DNA of 64,000 bases from an uncultured bacterium (GTDB lineage Bacteria > Patescibacteriota > Minisyncoccia > Phycocordibacterales > CAIRYW01): NCBI GenBank assembly GCA_903882905.1, contig CAIRYW010000004.1, forward strand, positions 49,117-113,116, given 5' to 3'. Shown here piece after piece: positions 1-11,843 of the stretch. Each line of letters opens with the position of its first letter. Position 1 is the first letter of the stretch. The translations under genes were made by a program, and so were the position numbers. The notes beneath the pieces are model-generated. The model worked only from the letters and a program-made list of their open reading frames with translations. It was not told where the DNA came from and did not search any database.

Positions 1-1020
1 ATTATTGGTGATAGACAAACCGGAAAGACAGCAATTGCAATTGACACAATCATTCACCAAGGAAAAGAAAAAAATATTCCTATTTGTATATATGTTGCAA
101 TCGGACAAAAAGAATCAAAAGTTGCGCAAATTGTAGAAAAGTTAAAAAAGATGGGAGCAATGGATTACACAATTGTAGTTTCTGCTAGTGCATCTGATCC
201 AGCCTCCCTACAATATCTTGCACCATTTACTGGTTGTGCAATCGCAGAATTTTTTATGGATCAAGGAAAAGATGCTCTTATTGTTTATGATGATTTATCA
301 AAACACGCATGGGCATACAGACAAATTTCCCTTTTGTTAAAGAGACCACCAGGACGTGAAGCTTATCCTGGAGACGTATTTTATTTGCATTCAAGACTTC
401 TTGAACGTGCAGGACGACTTTCAAAGGAATATGGTGGAGGATCAATTACAGCTCTTCCTGTTATTGAAACACAAGCTGGAGATATTTCTGCCTACATTCC
501 AACAAATGTAATCTCAATTACTGATGGACAAATTTTCTTGGAATCAGATCTTTTCAACTCAGGACTAAGACCTGCTATTAACGTTGGACTTTCTGTGTCT
601 CGTGTAGGTTCAAGTGCTCAAACAAAAGCCATGAAAAAAGTTGCTGGAAGAATGAAACTTGATCTTGCTCAATTCCGTTCACTTGCTGCTTTTGCACAAT
701 TTGGTTCAGACTTGGATCCTGCAACAAAGAAACAATTAGAACTTGGATCACGTCTTACAGAACTTTTGAAACAGCTTCAGTATGAAGACCAATCATTTAA
801 TGAAATTGCTGCAATTATTTTCGCCGCTGCAAATGGTCTCCTAAATGAAATTCCTGTTGCCGATATTAGAAAATATGAGAAGAAATTTTTAGCTTTTCTA
901 AAAGAAAGACATCCAAAAGTTCTTGAAACAATTTTTGAAACAGCAGATCTATCAGACGAGACCCAAGCAAAACTTCGAGAAATTGTTGCTGACTTTAACA
1001 CAAACTATTGGAATAAATAA
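1..1020 (+). CDS. atpA: F1 ATP synthase alpha subunit (5' partial, continues upstream of the window)
   Basis: Frame 1 reads [10 protein letters not shown]... from position 1, contiguous with ORF 151..1020. Alpha-subunit C-terminal region motifs present ([38 protein letters not shown]). Followed by gamma, beta and epsilon in canonical operon order. Confidence 0.9.
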   Translation: MIGDRQTGKTAIAIDTIIHQGKEKNIPICIYVAIGQKESKVAQIVEKLKKMGAMDYTIVVSASASDPASLQYLAPFTGCAIAEFFMDQGKDALIVYDDLSKHAWAYRQISLLLKRPPGREAYPGDVFYLHSRLLERAGRLSKEYGGGSITALPVIETQAGDISAYIPTNVISITDGQIFLESDLFNSGLRPAINVGLSVSRVGSSAQTKAMKKVAGRMKLDLAQFRSLAAFAQFGSDLDPATKKQLELGSRLTELLKQLQYEDQSFNEIAAIIFAAANGLLNEIPVADIRKYEKKFLAFLKERHPKVLETIFETADLSDETQAKLREIVADFNTNYWNK

Positions 1021-1022
1021 TT

Positions 1023-1949
1023 ATGGCTACAGGCAGAGCAATCAAAAACCGAATACGCTCAACACAAAACATTAGGCAAATTACAAAGGCCATGGAGGCT
1101 GTTTCTGCTGTGAAAATGCGTAAAAGTGAAGCTTCGGCTATCAAAGGACGCCCTTTTGCCTTGTATGCACTTAGTATTTTGAAGCATATAGAGGAAAAAC
1201 TGGGAGAAATTCCAAGAAAATCTTCTTCGCTTTTTGACATAAGAGATGGTGGAAAAAATCTTTATGTAATTATTACATCAGATAAAGGCCTTGCTGGATC
1301 ATTTAATAGTAACGTCATTAGAAAATCTGAATCAATCTTAAAGGAACATTCTAATTCTGACATTATCGCAATTGGAAAAAGAGGCAGAGATTATTTCAAT
1401 AGAAAAGGTAGCAATGTTATTTTTAATTTTGAAGGTATTGGAGATTTTGCAGAACTTTTTGAAGTTGAGCCAATTTCCAAAAAAATCATTTCTCTTTTTG
1501 AAAATAAAACCTATGATAGAGTTTCAATTATTTATACAAATTTTCTTTCAGCCCTCAAACAAGAAGTTGTTGTCCGCCCACTACTTCCCTTACAAGCTGA
1601 TATTTTGAAAAAAGTTATTGAAAATATTATTCCAGAAACTGGTAAATTTTCTGAGCTTAGAAAAAGCACACTTGAAAATAGTCTTGACTATATATTTGAG
1701 CCAAACGCCGAAGAGCTCGTGAAAGAATTAGTTCCAACACTTGTTGAAATTGAGGTATTACATGCAGTTCTTGAAGCAAACGCTTCTGAGCATTCTTCTC
1801 GAATGATCGCTATGAAGAACGCATCAGAAAATGCTAAGGACATGATTGGTACACTGACAATTTTGTTTAACAAGACAAGACAGGCCCAAATTACCAAAGA
1901 ACTGATCGAAATTACTTCTGGTAAGGAGGCATTAGAAAATCAAAATTAA
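1023..1949 (+). CDS. atpG: F1 ATP synthase gamma subunit
   Basis: 308 aa. N-terminus MATGRAIKNRIRSTQNIRQITKAMEAVSAVKMRK is typical of gamma. Sits between alpha and beta. Confidence 0.85.
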   Translation: MATGRAIKNRIRSTQNIRQITKAMEAVSAVKMRKSEASAIKGRPFALYALSILKHIEEKLGEIPRKSSSLFDIRDGGKNLYVIITSDKGLAGSFNSNVIRKSESILKEHSNSDIIAIGKRGRDYFNRKGSNVIFNFEGIGDFAELFEVEPISKKIISLFENKTYDRVSIIYTNFLSALKQEVVVRPLLPLQADILKKVIENIIPETGKFSELRKSTLENSLDYIFEPNAEELVKELVPTLVEIEVLHAVLEANASEHSSRMIAMKNASENAKDMIGTLTILFNKTRQAQITKELIEITSGKEALENQN

Positions 1950-3340
<1,391 letters not shown>

Positions 3341-3341
<1 letters not shown>

Positions 3342-3562
3342 TGAAACTACAAATTTTTTCATTGCAAGGCACTGTATACGAAGGCGAAACAAGCCAAGTT
3401 ACTTTGCCTGCGAAAGATGGAGAAATTACAGTTCTAAAAGGACATATTCCTCTTATTACTCTTCTTAAGGAAGGTGAAATAAGAACCAAAGAAAAAAATA
3501 TTTCTATTAAAAAAGGTTTTGCTGAAATAAATGGCGAAAAAGTTGTAGTATTGGTTGATTAA
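3341..3562 (+). CDS. atpC: F1 ATP synthase epsilon subunit, short form (beta-sandwich domain only)
   Basis: 73 aa. Start overlaps the atpD stop (TAATGA). N-terminal epsilon-like beta-sandwich (KLQIFSLQGTVYEGETSQVTLPAKDGEITVLKGHIPLITLLKEGEI). No C-terminal helical hairpin. Confidence 0.65.
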
Positions 3563-3876
3563 GATTTTTTTTCTGGAGGTAACGAATCCTTGTGATAGGT
3601 TACTCCTTTTTCTTTGGCAATTTCCTGTAATCTTTGCTGTATAGCTTTATTTAACATTATTTCGTGTTCATTCCACCATTTTTTCATAAATTCTTCCTGC
3701 CACAATTCTCTTTCATTTGCTTTTTTAAACTCTCTCTTCATAACACCTAAAATAGTTTCAATTTCATGAACAGTTGCCCCGTTTCCCAACCCTTGTGCTC
3801 TTCTTTCTAATTCCTGCATTTTTACTTCAGTAGGTATTAGAAAATCATCGTGTGGTTTCTCTGGTGTAACTGACAT
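3559..3876 (-). CDS. hypothetical protein
   Basis: 105-aa ORF with a charged, helical composition. No recognisable motif. Confidence 0.4.
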   Translation of the reverse strand: MSVTPEKPHDDFLIPTEVKMQELERRAQGLGNGATVHEIETILGVMKREFKKANERELWQEEFMKKWWNEHEIMLNKAIQQRLQEIAKEKGVTYHKDSLPPEKKS

Positions 3877-3912
3877 ATTAGTTAATTAACTTTTATTCTA
3901 TTATATACACTT

Positions 3913-4140
3913 TTATTTCCCAACTATTTCCTCAGCAGTTCTTATTATATCCTCTTGCTCTAATGAGTTAAAACCAGGTCTAAATAACTTAACAATTTCA
4001 ATAATATTTTGTATTGTTTCCTGTTGTCTTGTCTGGATTTCAGCATTATTATCATGTGGCTTATCTAACTCAACCCAAGTATTTAATAATAATTGAAGAT
4101 TTTTTCTTATCTGTTCGAGAGAATTTTCTTGCTCAATCAT
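3913..4140 (-). CDS. hypothetical protein
   Basis: 75-aa ORF. No motif. Confidence 0.35.
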   Translation of the reverse strand: MIEQENSLEQIRKNLQLLLNTWVELDKPHDNNAEIQTRQQETIQNIIEIVKLFRPGFNSLEQEDIIRTAEEIVGK

Positions 4141-4186
4141 AATTTTATTTTATCTTGTAATATTATAAATGCTTCCTGCCAACATT

Positions 4187-4507
4187 TTAGTTGATTAGTT
4201 TTTTCCAATCATAAGGAGCTCCATCAGATACCCAAACAAAATCGGTAGATTTTTCATCAACTTGTCTTATTTTACCGTCTACAAATAATCTGAGTTTTTG
4301 CTCATGCAATTTGTAATCTAAAATAAGATCTTCTCTCCAATTAAGATCCTCTCCAAATCCAAAAGCTGTCTTTACATTAGCTACCATACCAGCAAATACG
4401 TGATTTCTTCCACCTGAAAAATTCATCTCAGCATATCTTAATACCTCTGTGAGATCTCCTTTGTTAGGAACTCTCATCACTACATTATTTTTAAGTTGCT
4501 CTAACAT
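4187..4507 (-). CDS. hypothetical protein
   Basis: 106-aa ORF. No motif. Confidence 0.4.
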   Translation of the reverse strand: MLEQLKNNVVMRVPNKGDLTEVLRYAEMNFSGGRNHVFAGMVANVKTAFGFGEDLNWREDLILDYKLHEQKLRLFVDGKIRQVDEKSTDFVWVSDGAPYDWKKLIN

Positions 4508-4517
4508 TTTTTTACTC

Positions 4518-5216
4518 TTAGCTAATTAACGTTCCCTCAAAATTTTTATCGTATATAAAATTATTTAGTTGATCTAAATTTTCACCGCTGATTACAGCAA
4601 CTTGAATTTTGTTTTTTTGTGCTTCACGAGATGCAATTGGATCGAACGGTGAGTTAAGCCCTGGATCCCATTTTTTAGGAATAATTTTTCTGAATTCCTT
4701 CCATGAAATATTTAACATTGGTTTTGCATCAGCAAATTTCTTTGGATCCTTGTTACAAACGTAATCAATGTTTGAAAGATTTATAACCTTAGTTGCTTTG
4801 AATTTTTTTGCTAAAAGAACAGCGTCATAGTCTGTACTCCATCCAGGTTTCCACCCAGCAGCAATCAAAATTGGTTTTTTAAAAACTATTTTATCGTTAG
4901 GGTTGTGAACAACAACCTCTTCAACTTTTGGTAAAAAAATAGTCTTAATAAGTTGAGCATTAAGACGGGTTGCATGGATTCCAAGCCAATCAATATCCAT
5001 TGCTCTAAGTCCAGTAACTTTTTGACCAGAGTGTTGGTAATTTCTTGCTGTTCTACCTCCTCCACAAATTATGATAAATCTCTTGCCTAAAGCAACTTCT
5101 CTGTCAATAATGGCCTTAAAATTCCTAATAAAATCAGTGTCTATTTGCTCAGGCACTATAAGTGATCCGCCTACAGATATTACAATTGGAGTATTTTCCT
5201 TCTTTGATTTAGCCAT
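4518..5216 (-). CDS. pyrH: amino-acid-kinase family protein, archaeal-type UMP kinase-like
   Basis: 232 aa. IVISVGGSLIVPEQIDTDFIRN ... IIICGGGRTARNY ... AAGWKPGWSTDYDAVLLA closely parallels archaeal PyrH (IGGSVLVPENPDIDFIKE / VVGGG / GGTHPGHTTDAVAALLA). Confidence 0.7.
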   Translation of the reverse strand: MAKSKKENTPIVISVGGSLIVPEQIDTDFIRNFKAIIDREVALGKRFIIICGGGRTARNYQHSGQKVTGLRAMDIDWLGIHATRLNAQLIKTIFLPKVEEVVVHNPNDKIVFKKPILIAAGWKPGWSTDYDAVLLAKKFKATKVINLSNIDYVCNKDPKKFADAKPMLNISWKEFRKIIPKKWDPGLNSPFDPIASREAQKNKIQVAVISGENLDQLNNFIYDKNFEGTLIS

Positions 5217-5389
5217 AATAAGCCTATTTTACCACAACAAGCGAGAGATGTGTAAAAGTTACACTTTTACAACATCCGAGCGCAGTTGTGATAAAAAATT
5301 AAATAATTTTAATTTTTTATCAGGATTTTTTGCTTAAGTCTATTCCGACAAATGAGAGACGACGCGAAAAGCGAGCAAAGCAAAGTTTT

Positions 5390-5989
5390 TCATGGCGTCC
5401 GAATGTAGGCGGAACAGAGTTTATTTATAATTTTATTTATTGAAACTGCTCCTTCCCTAACGATTTCAAAAGTTCTCGTATTGTTTACATATCTAACAAT
5501 TGTCGAGGAAACAGCACTTTTTCGTTTACCTGATACATAAAAGTCTAATTTACTACCAAAGTATTTTTTTGCTTCTGTAATATTTTTTGCAGGAATTTTG
5601 CCTTCAGGATTTGCACTTGGGGCTACCAATGGTCCTGTTTTTTTAAGAATATTCACAATAAATTTGTTTTTCGGCATTCTAAAACATAGACTATTTGTAC
5701 CTCTGTGAAGATATTCAAATTTTTTGTTTTTTACCTCAAAAATTATTGAAACTTTATCTGGCCAGATCTTGGTCAGTTCCTTTGTTGGAATATTCTTCAC
5801 ACCAAATTTTTTCAACTCGTTAATGTTTTGAATAAGAACAATTAGTGGTTTATTCTTATTCCTCAGTCGGACTTCATAAATCTTTTCAACAACTTTTTTT
5901 GAAAAGGCACTTCCAACAAGGCCTAAAATTGTGTCTGTAGGAATCACCCCAATTCCCTCTTTTTTAATTATTTCTGTTATCTCATTCAT
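5390..5989 (-). CDS. tsaC: L-threonylcarbamoyladenylate synthase (YrdC/TsaC family)
   Basis: 199 aa. IPTDTILGL and SANPEG motifs of the YrdC/Sua5 fold. Confidence 0.75.
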   Translation of the reverse strand: MNEITEIIKKEGIGVIPTDTILGLVGSAFSKKVVEKIYEVRLRNKNKPLIVLIQNINELKKFGVKNIPTKELTKIWPDKVSIIFEVKNKKFEYLHRGTNSLCFRMPKNKFIVNILKKTGPLVAPSANPEGKIPAKNITEAKKYFGSKLDFYVSGKRKSAVSSTIVRYVNNTRTFEIVREGAVSINKIINKLCSAYIRTP

Positions 5990-8049
5990 TAAATGAGTAT
6001 GATACTAAATAATCCAATTCCAGCAAGGATTGACCCTAAAATCATTAACGTGTTGTGGGTATTAAAACTAAATCCGGAACCTGACACTCCTGCAAGCTGG
6101 TCTGGATTCACATTTTGATTAGTCTGTGTTGTCGATGATATTGCTGGTAAATTATTTCCAATTATTCTTTTTACTTCTAAAGTTTTTGAACTTGAAACAG
6201 AGTCAGTCGTAGTTGATGTAGTAGTTGCTTGCCCTGTCAAATCTTCCGCAGGGAGATTTGTTAGGGTCGCAAAAACTAGAGTAGTACTCGCGTTAGTGGA
6301 CAGTAAACTACCTCCAGATAATTCTGCCTGTTTTGGCACATTGTGAAGAATTTCTGACCATGTTTCGAGCATAGTTGCAGGAATTGCCCATTCTGTTGCC
6401 CAGACTCTTGTATCTAAGGCATCAGTTGTTGTACCAATGCTCCCATCTACCATTTGATTTGTTGCTAAGTAGTCAAATGGATTGTTCCCGTTATTCATTA
6501 ATTGTTTTGGGTCAGAATTTCCAGCTATTAAACCTTGAATTGCCCAACTAGTTGAGTCTGGGTTGCCAAATCCTCCGTCACTACTTTGTGCTGATTTCAA
6601 AAAATTAAGTCCTCTGGTTATAGCAGAACTAGATCCTGGAACATTTGGGACAAGTGATAGTGCTTGAATTGCTGCACCTGTCAGATCAATGCTATCCCAT
6701 TCTCCGCTTGATGATTGTTTAGAAATTATAAACTGTGCTGATTTTTGAATTATATTGTCAGATGAACTATAACCAGAGCTTAATAAAGTAACAATTCCAA
6801 ATATATCATCATTAAACTGCGATTGATTTCCTATTTGGTCTCCGTCAAATGAATCTGTAATTTTTTTAATGTAATTTTCATTTCCATCTGTGTGAGGATT
6901 TAATCCAAGGGCGAGCATAGCCATTGCCCTTCTTTCATAGTCAGTGGTAGCTGTTCCGTCTAGTGAATCAGATTTGATATATTGTTTCAGTTTCTCTTTT
7001 GTATTTACATGTCCCGAAGATGCTCCATACGCTATTGCTGCCCAGTCAGTGTACAAATCACTTCCAAAGCCTCCGTCACTATTCTGGTGTGAATCCAAAA
7101 ACGAAAGCATTGATTCTAAATTTGGAGTTTGATGTGTTTGAGCGGATCCTCCACCCGAACTGCCTGTTTGATTACTTGGTGTAGAAGTTGCCGTTGTTGT
7201 TCCATCTATTATTTCAAAAGGATAGGTTGGGTAGTAATAATCTTCCTCTAAACCAAAATTATATGTACCTGTAGCAGATAAATCGAAAATAGAATTTCCT
7301 GTGCTATCTGATGTTGATGTAGCGATCACTATTGGTGACCATGGATTATTTGGATCAGGTTGCGTAGCTCCTACTACAACATTTGATAGCGGACTCCATA
7401 AATTATTTTGATAGTCGTAGCTTACCGCACTAATTGTAAAAGGAACACTAGAATTTCCTGGTTCATTAGGAGTAATTAGTTTTCGTGGTTGACCAAAATA
7501 TAGAGTTAAACTATCGCCTGTGTGTAAAATTTTTTGATCAATTGCATCCCATGGAGATTCTCCATTTACAACATAATTCCACGTACAAGAGTTTGTTGTA
7601 GTTCCAGTTGTGATATTTATACAATTAACAAAATAACCATTTGAATAGTGTTTTAGATCAGAAATATTAAAATTATCGCTTTGGGCATCAACTCCTTCCA
7701 ATACAGCAAGTGCACTTTGTGCAGAAATTTGCCCTGTAACACCCAAATCATCAGTGACTGATATTTGTGCGTTAGAATCGGTCGTAACATCTACGGGTCC
7801 ATTAAAAAGAATTTGGTCATTATATCTAATGAAAACATTTACGGTTAATGTTGAAGTTGAGGTACTGTTTGTTGGACTTGTTGTGGTTGCAGTTGAGGAG
7901 GAATTTTGATCAGGTGCAGTTGTTGTAGCTTGAGTTGAAGTTGAACTTGCATCGGTTGATGAAGCGTCATCTGCAGATACTTTTAAAATTGGTAAAAGTA
8001 AAAAAGCAAAAGCGACAACTAATAAATATTTTTTAATAATTTTTCTCAT
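5989..8049 (-). CDS. cell-surface protein with prenyltransferase/terpene-cyclase-like alpha/alpha-toroid repeats and a C-terminal TM anchor
   Basis: 686 aa. N-terminal signal peptide. Ser/Thr-rich linkers. Repeated QxxDGGFG-type motifs (NSDGGFGSDLYTDWAAIAY, SSDGGFGNPDSTSWAIQGL, SSGEWDSIDLTGAAIQAL). C-terminal hydrophobic segment LMILGSILAGIGLFSIILI. Confidence 0.6.
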   Translation of the reverse strand: MRKIIKKYLLVVAFAFLLLPILKVSADDASSTDASSTSTQATTTAPDQNSSSTATTTSPTNSTSTSTLTVNVFIRYNDQILFNGPVDVTTDSNAQISVTDDLGVTGQISAQSALAVLEGVDAQSDNFNISDLKHYSNGYFVNCINITTGTTTNSCTWNYVVNGESPWDAIDQKILHTGDSLTLYFGQPRKLITPNEPGNSSVPFTISAVSYDYQNNLWSPLSNVVVGATQPDPNNPWSPIVIATSTSDSTGNSIFDLSATGTYNFGLEEDYYYPTYPFEIIDGTTTATSTPSNQTGSSGGGSAQTHQTPNLESMLSFLDSHQNSDGGFGSDLYTDWAAIAYGASSGHVNTKEKLKQYIKSDSLDGTATTDYERRAMAMLALGLNPHTDGNENYIKKITDSFDGDQIGNQSQFNDDIFGIVTLLSSGYSSSDNIIQKSAQFIISKQSSSGEWDSIDLTGAAIQALSLVPNVPGSSSAITRGLNFLKSAQSSDGGFGNPDSTSWAIQGLIAGNSDPKQLMNNGNNPFDYLATNQMVDGSIGTTTDALDTRVWATEWAIPATMLETWSEILHNVPKQAELSGGSLLSTNASTTLVFATLTNLPAEDLTGQATTTSTTTDSVSSSKTLEVKRIIGNNLPAISSTTQTNQNVNPDQLAGVSGSGFSFNTHNTLMILGSILAGIGLFSIILI

Positions 8050-8530
8050 AAACCCAATTTATTAAATCCCCATTCTGTAATTTACATGAAGAGACACCGA
8101 CAGTTGCCTTTTTTCCATTTATATAATAAATCCACGAATATCCATTTCCTTCTTTTAATCCATTGATTTCATCCACAAAAAAACCTAGGCCAGAAAAATT
8201 TTCACCTTTAATATCCACTATTTTTTTTAGAACAGCATCTTCTATAACTTTTTCCAAAGTATCACCAGGAGCAAAATTAAGGCTAATTGTTTTTCCGCTT
8301 ACTAAAAAATTTATTGAAGTCTGGCTTGGAGTTTGTTTAGTACTTGTCGCTAGATAAATTTCATTAATACTACTCGTTCCTACTTGAGTAGTATTCTCGA
8401 TAGGTGAAGTAATTATTGGTGCTACAGTTTTTAGGCTTGTATAAAAAAAACCGAAACATAGGAAAATAATCCCTAGTACCAGACATATAAAACCCAATAT
8501 TTTCTTTTTGTTTATTTTTTTACAATTCAT
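8033..8530 (-). CDS. membrane-anchored DUF4430-like (transcobalamin-like beta-domain) protein
   Basis: ORF-track start 8548 is a GTG inside a terminator hairpin. The ATG at 8530 (MNCKKINKKKILGFICLVLG...) is the more likely start. N-terminal TM. C-terminal GYSWIYYINGKKATVGVSSCKLQNGDLINWVY resembles the DUF4430 fold. Confidence 0.5.
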   Translation of the reverse strand: MNCKKINKKKILGFICLVLGIIFLCFGFFYTSLKTVAPIITSPIENTTQVGTSSINEIYLATSTKQTPSQTSINFLVSGKTISLNFAPGDTLEKVIEDAVLKKIVDIKGENFSGLGFFVDEINGLKEGNGYSWIYYINGKKATVGVSSCKLQNGDLINWVYEKNY

Positions 8531-8721
8531 AACGAAAAAACTGCTCACCAGAGCAGTTTTTTCAAATAAAATTTAATTTGGAATTTCCTGCTCGGGTTTG
8601 ATATAAAATTTCCTAAAGATCGGACTACTTAAGAAAAACTTAAGATTACCGTTGCGGCACAGCGCTGGAATTTAACCAGACTTCCATAGAAAAAATTTCT
8701 TAATTTAAATGAACTCAAAAA

Positions 8722-9264
8722 TTATACTCTTACTTTCGCTTCTTGCAAATTTCCATCAAATTCCAAAACATTAACCTCAGACTTGGCAAGAATCTTGGTC
8801 AAAAACGGTGACACCGTTAGGGCAAAAATGGCTCCTCCCATCAGATGCAGTGCTGTAAAAGGAATTTGTCCCATGAGAGCAATATAGAATGAACCACCTC
8901 CAATCAAGGGACCTAAAACAACTCCTGTTGCCACATCATAGAAAATGATTCCAATACTTGAGCATAATACGTAGTTTGTTAATGAGAATTTTTTATTTGT
9001 GAAGTAAATACCTGACCAAATACCTAGTATTCCATAGCAAATTCCGGCTGTCAGCGTATACATTCCAATTCCGGCTGTAAAGAAGTCATATATTAGAATA
9101 CTTAGGAATGCAAAACCAAAAAGTTCTAACTTCCCTGCTTTTTTAGAAAAAGGCATCATTACCGACATTAAGGGCTCTACGTTTGGTGGGCGAAAAGGAA
9201 TAAATCTATAGAGCATAGCTCCAATAAATCCAAGCACCATTAAAATTCTTTGATTTGTCTTCAT
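8722..9264 (-). CDS. integral membrane protein, possible ECF-type S-component (substrate unknown; cobalamin suspected from context)
   Basis: 180 aa with about 5-6 predicted TM segments and glycine-rich helices. Immediately downstream of nrdJ on the same strand (24-nt gap). Confidence 0.4.
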   Translation of the reverse strand: MKTNQRILMVLGFIGAMLYRFIPFRPPNVEPLMSVMMPFSKKAGKLELFGFAFLSILIYDFFTAGIGMYTLTAGICYGILGIWSGIYFTNKKFSLTNYVLCSSIGIIFYDVATGVVLGPLIGGGSFYIALMGQIPFTALHLMGGAIFALTVSPFLTKILAKSEVNVLEFDGNLQEAKVRV

Positions 9265-9287
9265 TTTGTAGGAAGAATATTTTGCCT

Positions 9288-11639
9288 TTATTTTACAATC
9301 GAGGGAACTTCATCAATTTCACAAACTCCAGACACACATGCCAATTCTCTTTTTGCTTCAGTTTCATCCTTCTTCTCATAAATCATAATCTTTGAGTAAT
9401 CAATATGAGCTAGTTTTTTTGAAAGCTCTAAATATTTTTTCTCGTCAATTTTTTCATAGGGCGCTAATTGATAGACATGGTTTTCTCTTGGTAAGAATGA
9501 TAGACCTCCAACAATATCCCAATTTTCATAAATCCAGTTGGCTACCTCAATCCATTCATTTTCACCAATGGAAATTGTTACTGATGGATTGTGTTCTGTA
9601 TATTTTTCCTTAACTACTTTCCAATGCCTAAGTTGATCAAGAGCAGTTAGATCATCTTTAAATATTGATCCCGCTGGAGCTTTCACTGGAAATTCTAGGA
9701 CGTATGTTGTCGCATTGTCTTGAGTCTGTCCAACTTCTGGAAAATATGGAACTCCTTGATCTTTTAACATTTTGAAAAGTGAATCTGTTGCAGCAATTCT
9801 GATTCTTCGAATATAGTATTTTGAATAACGAGGATGCATTCCTGAAGAAAAATCAAAAGTTTGAGATGAGTTTCCATCTGGCTTCACGCAAGTAATTGCT
9901 GTTGATTCATTAACTCCAAATCTTTTTGCGTAAATTTTATTTATTTTGATAGTTTCTTTTTTCAAAAGTTCAAGAATTTCTGGTTTTCTAACAATATCAT
10001 TATCCCATTGTCCTGCGAGTCCTATTCCAAGCAGTCTTTCTCTTTCACAATGCTCCTTCCAACCTTTTGATAGGTATGGAAAATTTGTAAGAGTTGATTG
10101 ATATGTTCCAATAATTGTTGCAACTCTAATTTTTTTGAGTAGAGATTCTTTTGTATCATTTGCTCGTGCAACAACGTTTGTAAGATTACAAAACTGTTTT
10201 GATTGCAAAATAATTTCTCCACAAGGATTTGTTCCGATTGAACCGATAATAGTTGTGCCTGTGGCATCAAAATATCCTTCAGTTTCTCTTAGGACTCTAA
10301 CTCTTCTTTCAGGTAATGTTTTTGCAAGTGATCCTCTATTGAAGATTCCTCTTTCTCCTGTACCAGATTTCATAAGAGCAATCCATTCATCCATAAATTC
10401 AGCAGCTGTTGGCTTTTGAATATAAACTGCAGAGTTGTTTGAGAGCATTCTTTGTGGTTCTGTATTGTAAAATGCACCCTTTTTTGCGTCTCTAATGTCA
10501 TTATCGTCCAAATCTGAGAGCGAAATAAGGGCACTTCTTCTAACCCCTCCAGAAACTACACACTCGCCAATCATACAAATGATGTCATGAACATCTATAT
10601 TTCGAAGTCTTTTTCCTTGGCGAGCAATCATTTTTTCTCGAGTAAAGGCCAAAAGCTTTCTTATTGGATCAGGACCTGATGATTTTCCTCCCATAGTTTT
10701 TAGTCTTGCTCCTGCTGGGCGCAATTGTGAAAAATCGAAATCAACATCCTTACCACTTGCCCAAACATTCATTCCAAAAGTTAATGCATCTGCCCAGCCT
10801 TCTTTACTGTCAGGAATTACATGTGTTGGAATTTTAGCCCCTGTTTGTTGAAAAATTTGTGGAAATTTTTGTACGTTTTGACTCTCAACAGAAAATCCTG
10901 CACCAGTTCCACACATTAGTATGTACATAATTTCTGCTAGATCTTGAAAACATTCTGGTGCAACAAACGAACAGTTGTATGCACAGACATTTGTTTTACC
11001 TGCAGCAGTTCCAGCAAATTGCAAAAGTCTCATTGATGGAAGTGCATCTTGTTTCAAAATTGTTTCTCTAACATCTGCGTACTCACTTTCTTTTAATTTT
11101 TTTCCAAGATTTTCTTTCATGAATGCCATGTAGCGATCTACAGTTTCAATCCAAGTTTCTCTTCTCTGTTCTGCATCAATCCATTTAGAATAAGTTCGGT
11201 AGTACATAAATTCTCCAAGTTCAGTACGAAAATATTTTTTACTATTAGCAACAAGTTTTTTTACCTTGTCAGGAATTTGCATTCCTCTTTCTCGAAGCTT
11301 TGATCGCTTATCTCGATAAAGAATATATGCCTTCGATGTCTTTACATATTCACCAAGAATAAGTTCCTTCTCAACACTATCTTGGATTCCTTCAACTGTT
11401 GGGACAAAGTTTGTATATTTTTTAGAAATTCTGACAATATCTGCAAAAACCTTATTTGCCACCATTTCTGCTTCCTTAAGTGAGCCTTCACCAGATGCAA
11501 TCATTGCTTTGTACACAGCTGTAACAATTTTTTGAAAATCAAAAGGTACAGTTGAGCCATCTCTCTTTTGAACTTTTGGCGAAAAAACTTTTTCTTCGAC
11601 TTTTTTTGCGGCGATCTTTTTACTTTTTGAGGAACCCAT
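9288..11639 (-). CDS. nrdJ: class II (adenosylcobalamin-dependent) ribonucleoside-triphosphate/diphosphate reductase
   Basis: 783 aa. RNR active-site finger NPCGEIIL. CNLTNVV... C-terminal Cys pair. Monomeric class II architecture and length. Confidence 0.85.
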   Translation of the reverse strand: MGSSKSKKIAAKKVEEKVFSPKVQKRDGSTVPFDFQKIVTAVYKAMIASGEGSLKEAEMVANKVFADIVRISKKYTNFVPTVEGIQDSVEKELILGEYVKTSKAYILYRDKRSKLRERGMQIPDKVKKLVANSKKYFRTELGEFMYYRTYSKWIDAEQRRETWIETVDRYMAFMKENLGKKLKESEYADVRETILKQDALPSMRLLQFAGTAAGKTNVCAYNCSFVAPECFQDLAEIMYILMCGTGAGFSVESQNVQKFPQIFQQTGAKIPTHVIPDSKEGWADALTFGMNVWASGKDVDFDFSQLRPAGARLKTMGGKSSGPDPIRKLLAFTREKMIARQGKRLRNIDVHDIICMIGECVVSGGVRRSALISLSDLDDNDIRDAKKGAFYNTEPQRMLSNNSAVYIQKPTAAEFMDEWIALMKSGTGERGIFNRGSLAKTLPERRVRVLRETEGYFDATGTTIIGSIGTNPCGEIILQSKQFCNLTNVVARANDTKESLLKKIRVATIIGTYQSTLTNFPYLSKGWKEHCERERLLGIGLAGQWDNDIVRKPEILELLKKETIKINKIYAKRFGVNESTAITCVKPDGNSSQTFDFSSGMHPRYSKYYIRRIRIAATDSLFKMLKDQGVPYFPEVGQTQDNATTYVLEFPVKAPAGSIFKDDLTALDQLRHWKVVKEKYTEHNPSVTISIGENEWIEVANWIYENWDIVGGLSFLPRENHVYQLAPYEKIDEKKYLELSKKLAHIDYSKIMIYEKKDETEAKRELACVSGVCEIDEVPSIVK

Positions 11640-11843
11640 ATTTATAATGTGAAGGCATTAACTATTAAATTTTTATCTCAGTAATTTTAGCAAAAAATGG
11701 ACTAAAAAAAGTGTGTATAAAGCACTTCAAAATGAAAATTGGTGACTGTGAATGTCCCTCTTTTAAAGCCCTTGTGGTCAAAAGGTTTTTTAGTCCTAAT
11801 TTTGAGAAAAAAAGTTACTTAGTGTAGCTTTTGTTTCAAAAGA

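Noticed and set aside
11640-11843. Possible cobalamin riboswitch in the nrdJ 5' leader
   Set aside because: No B12-box (GCCACUG) or the accompanying conserved core was found on the nrdJ strand. Only a superficial GGTGACTGTG on the opposite strand. Not called.
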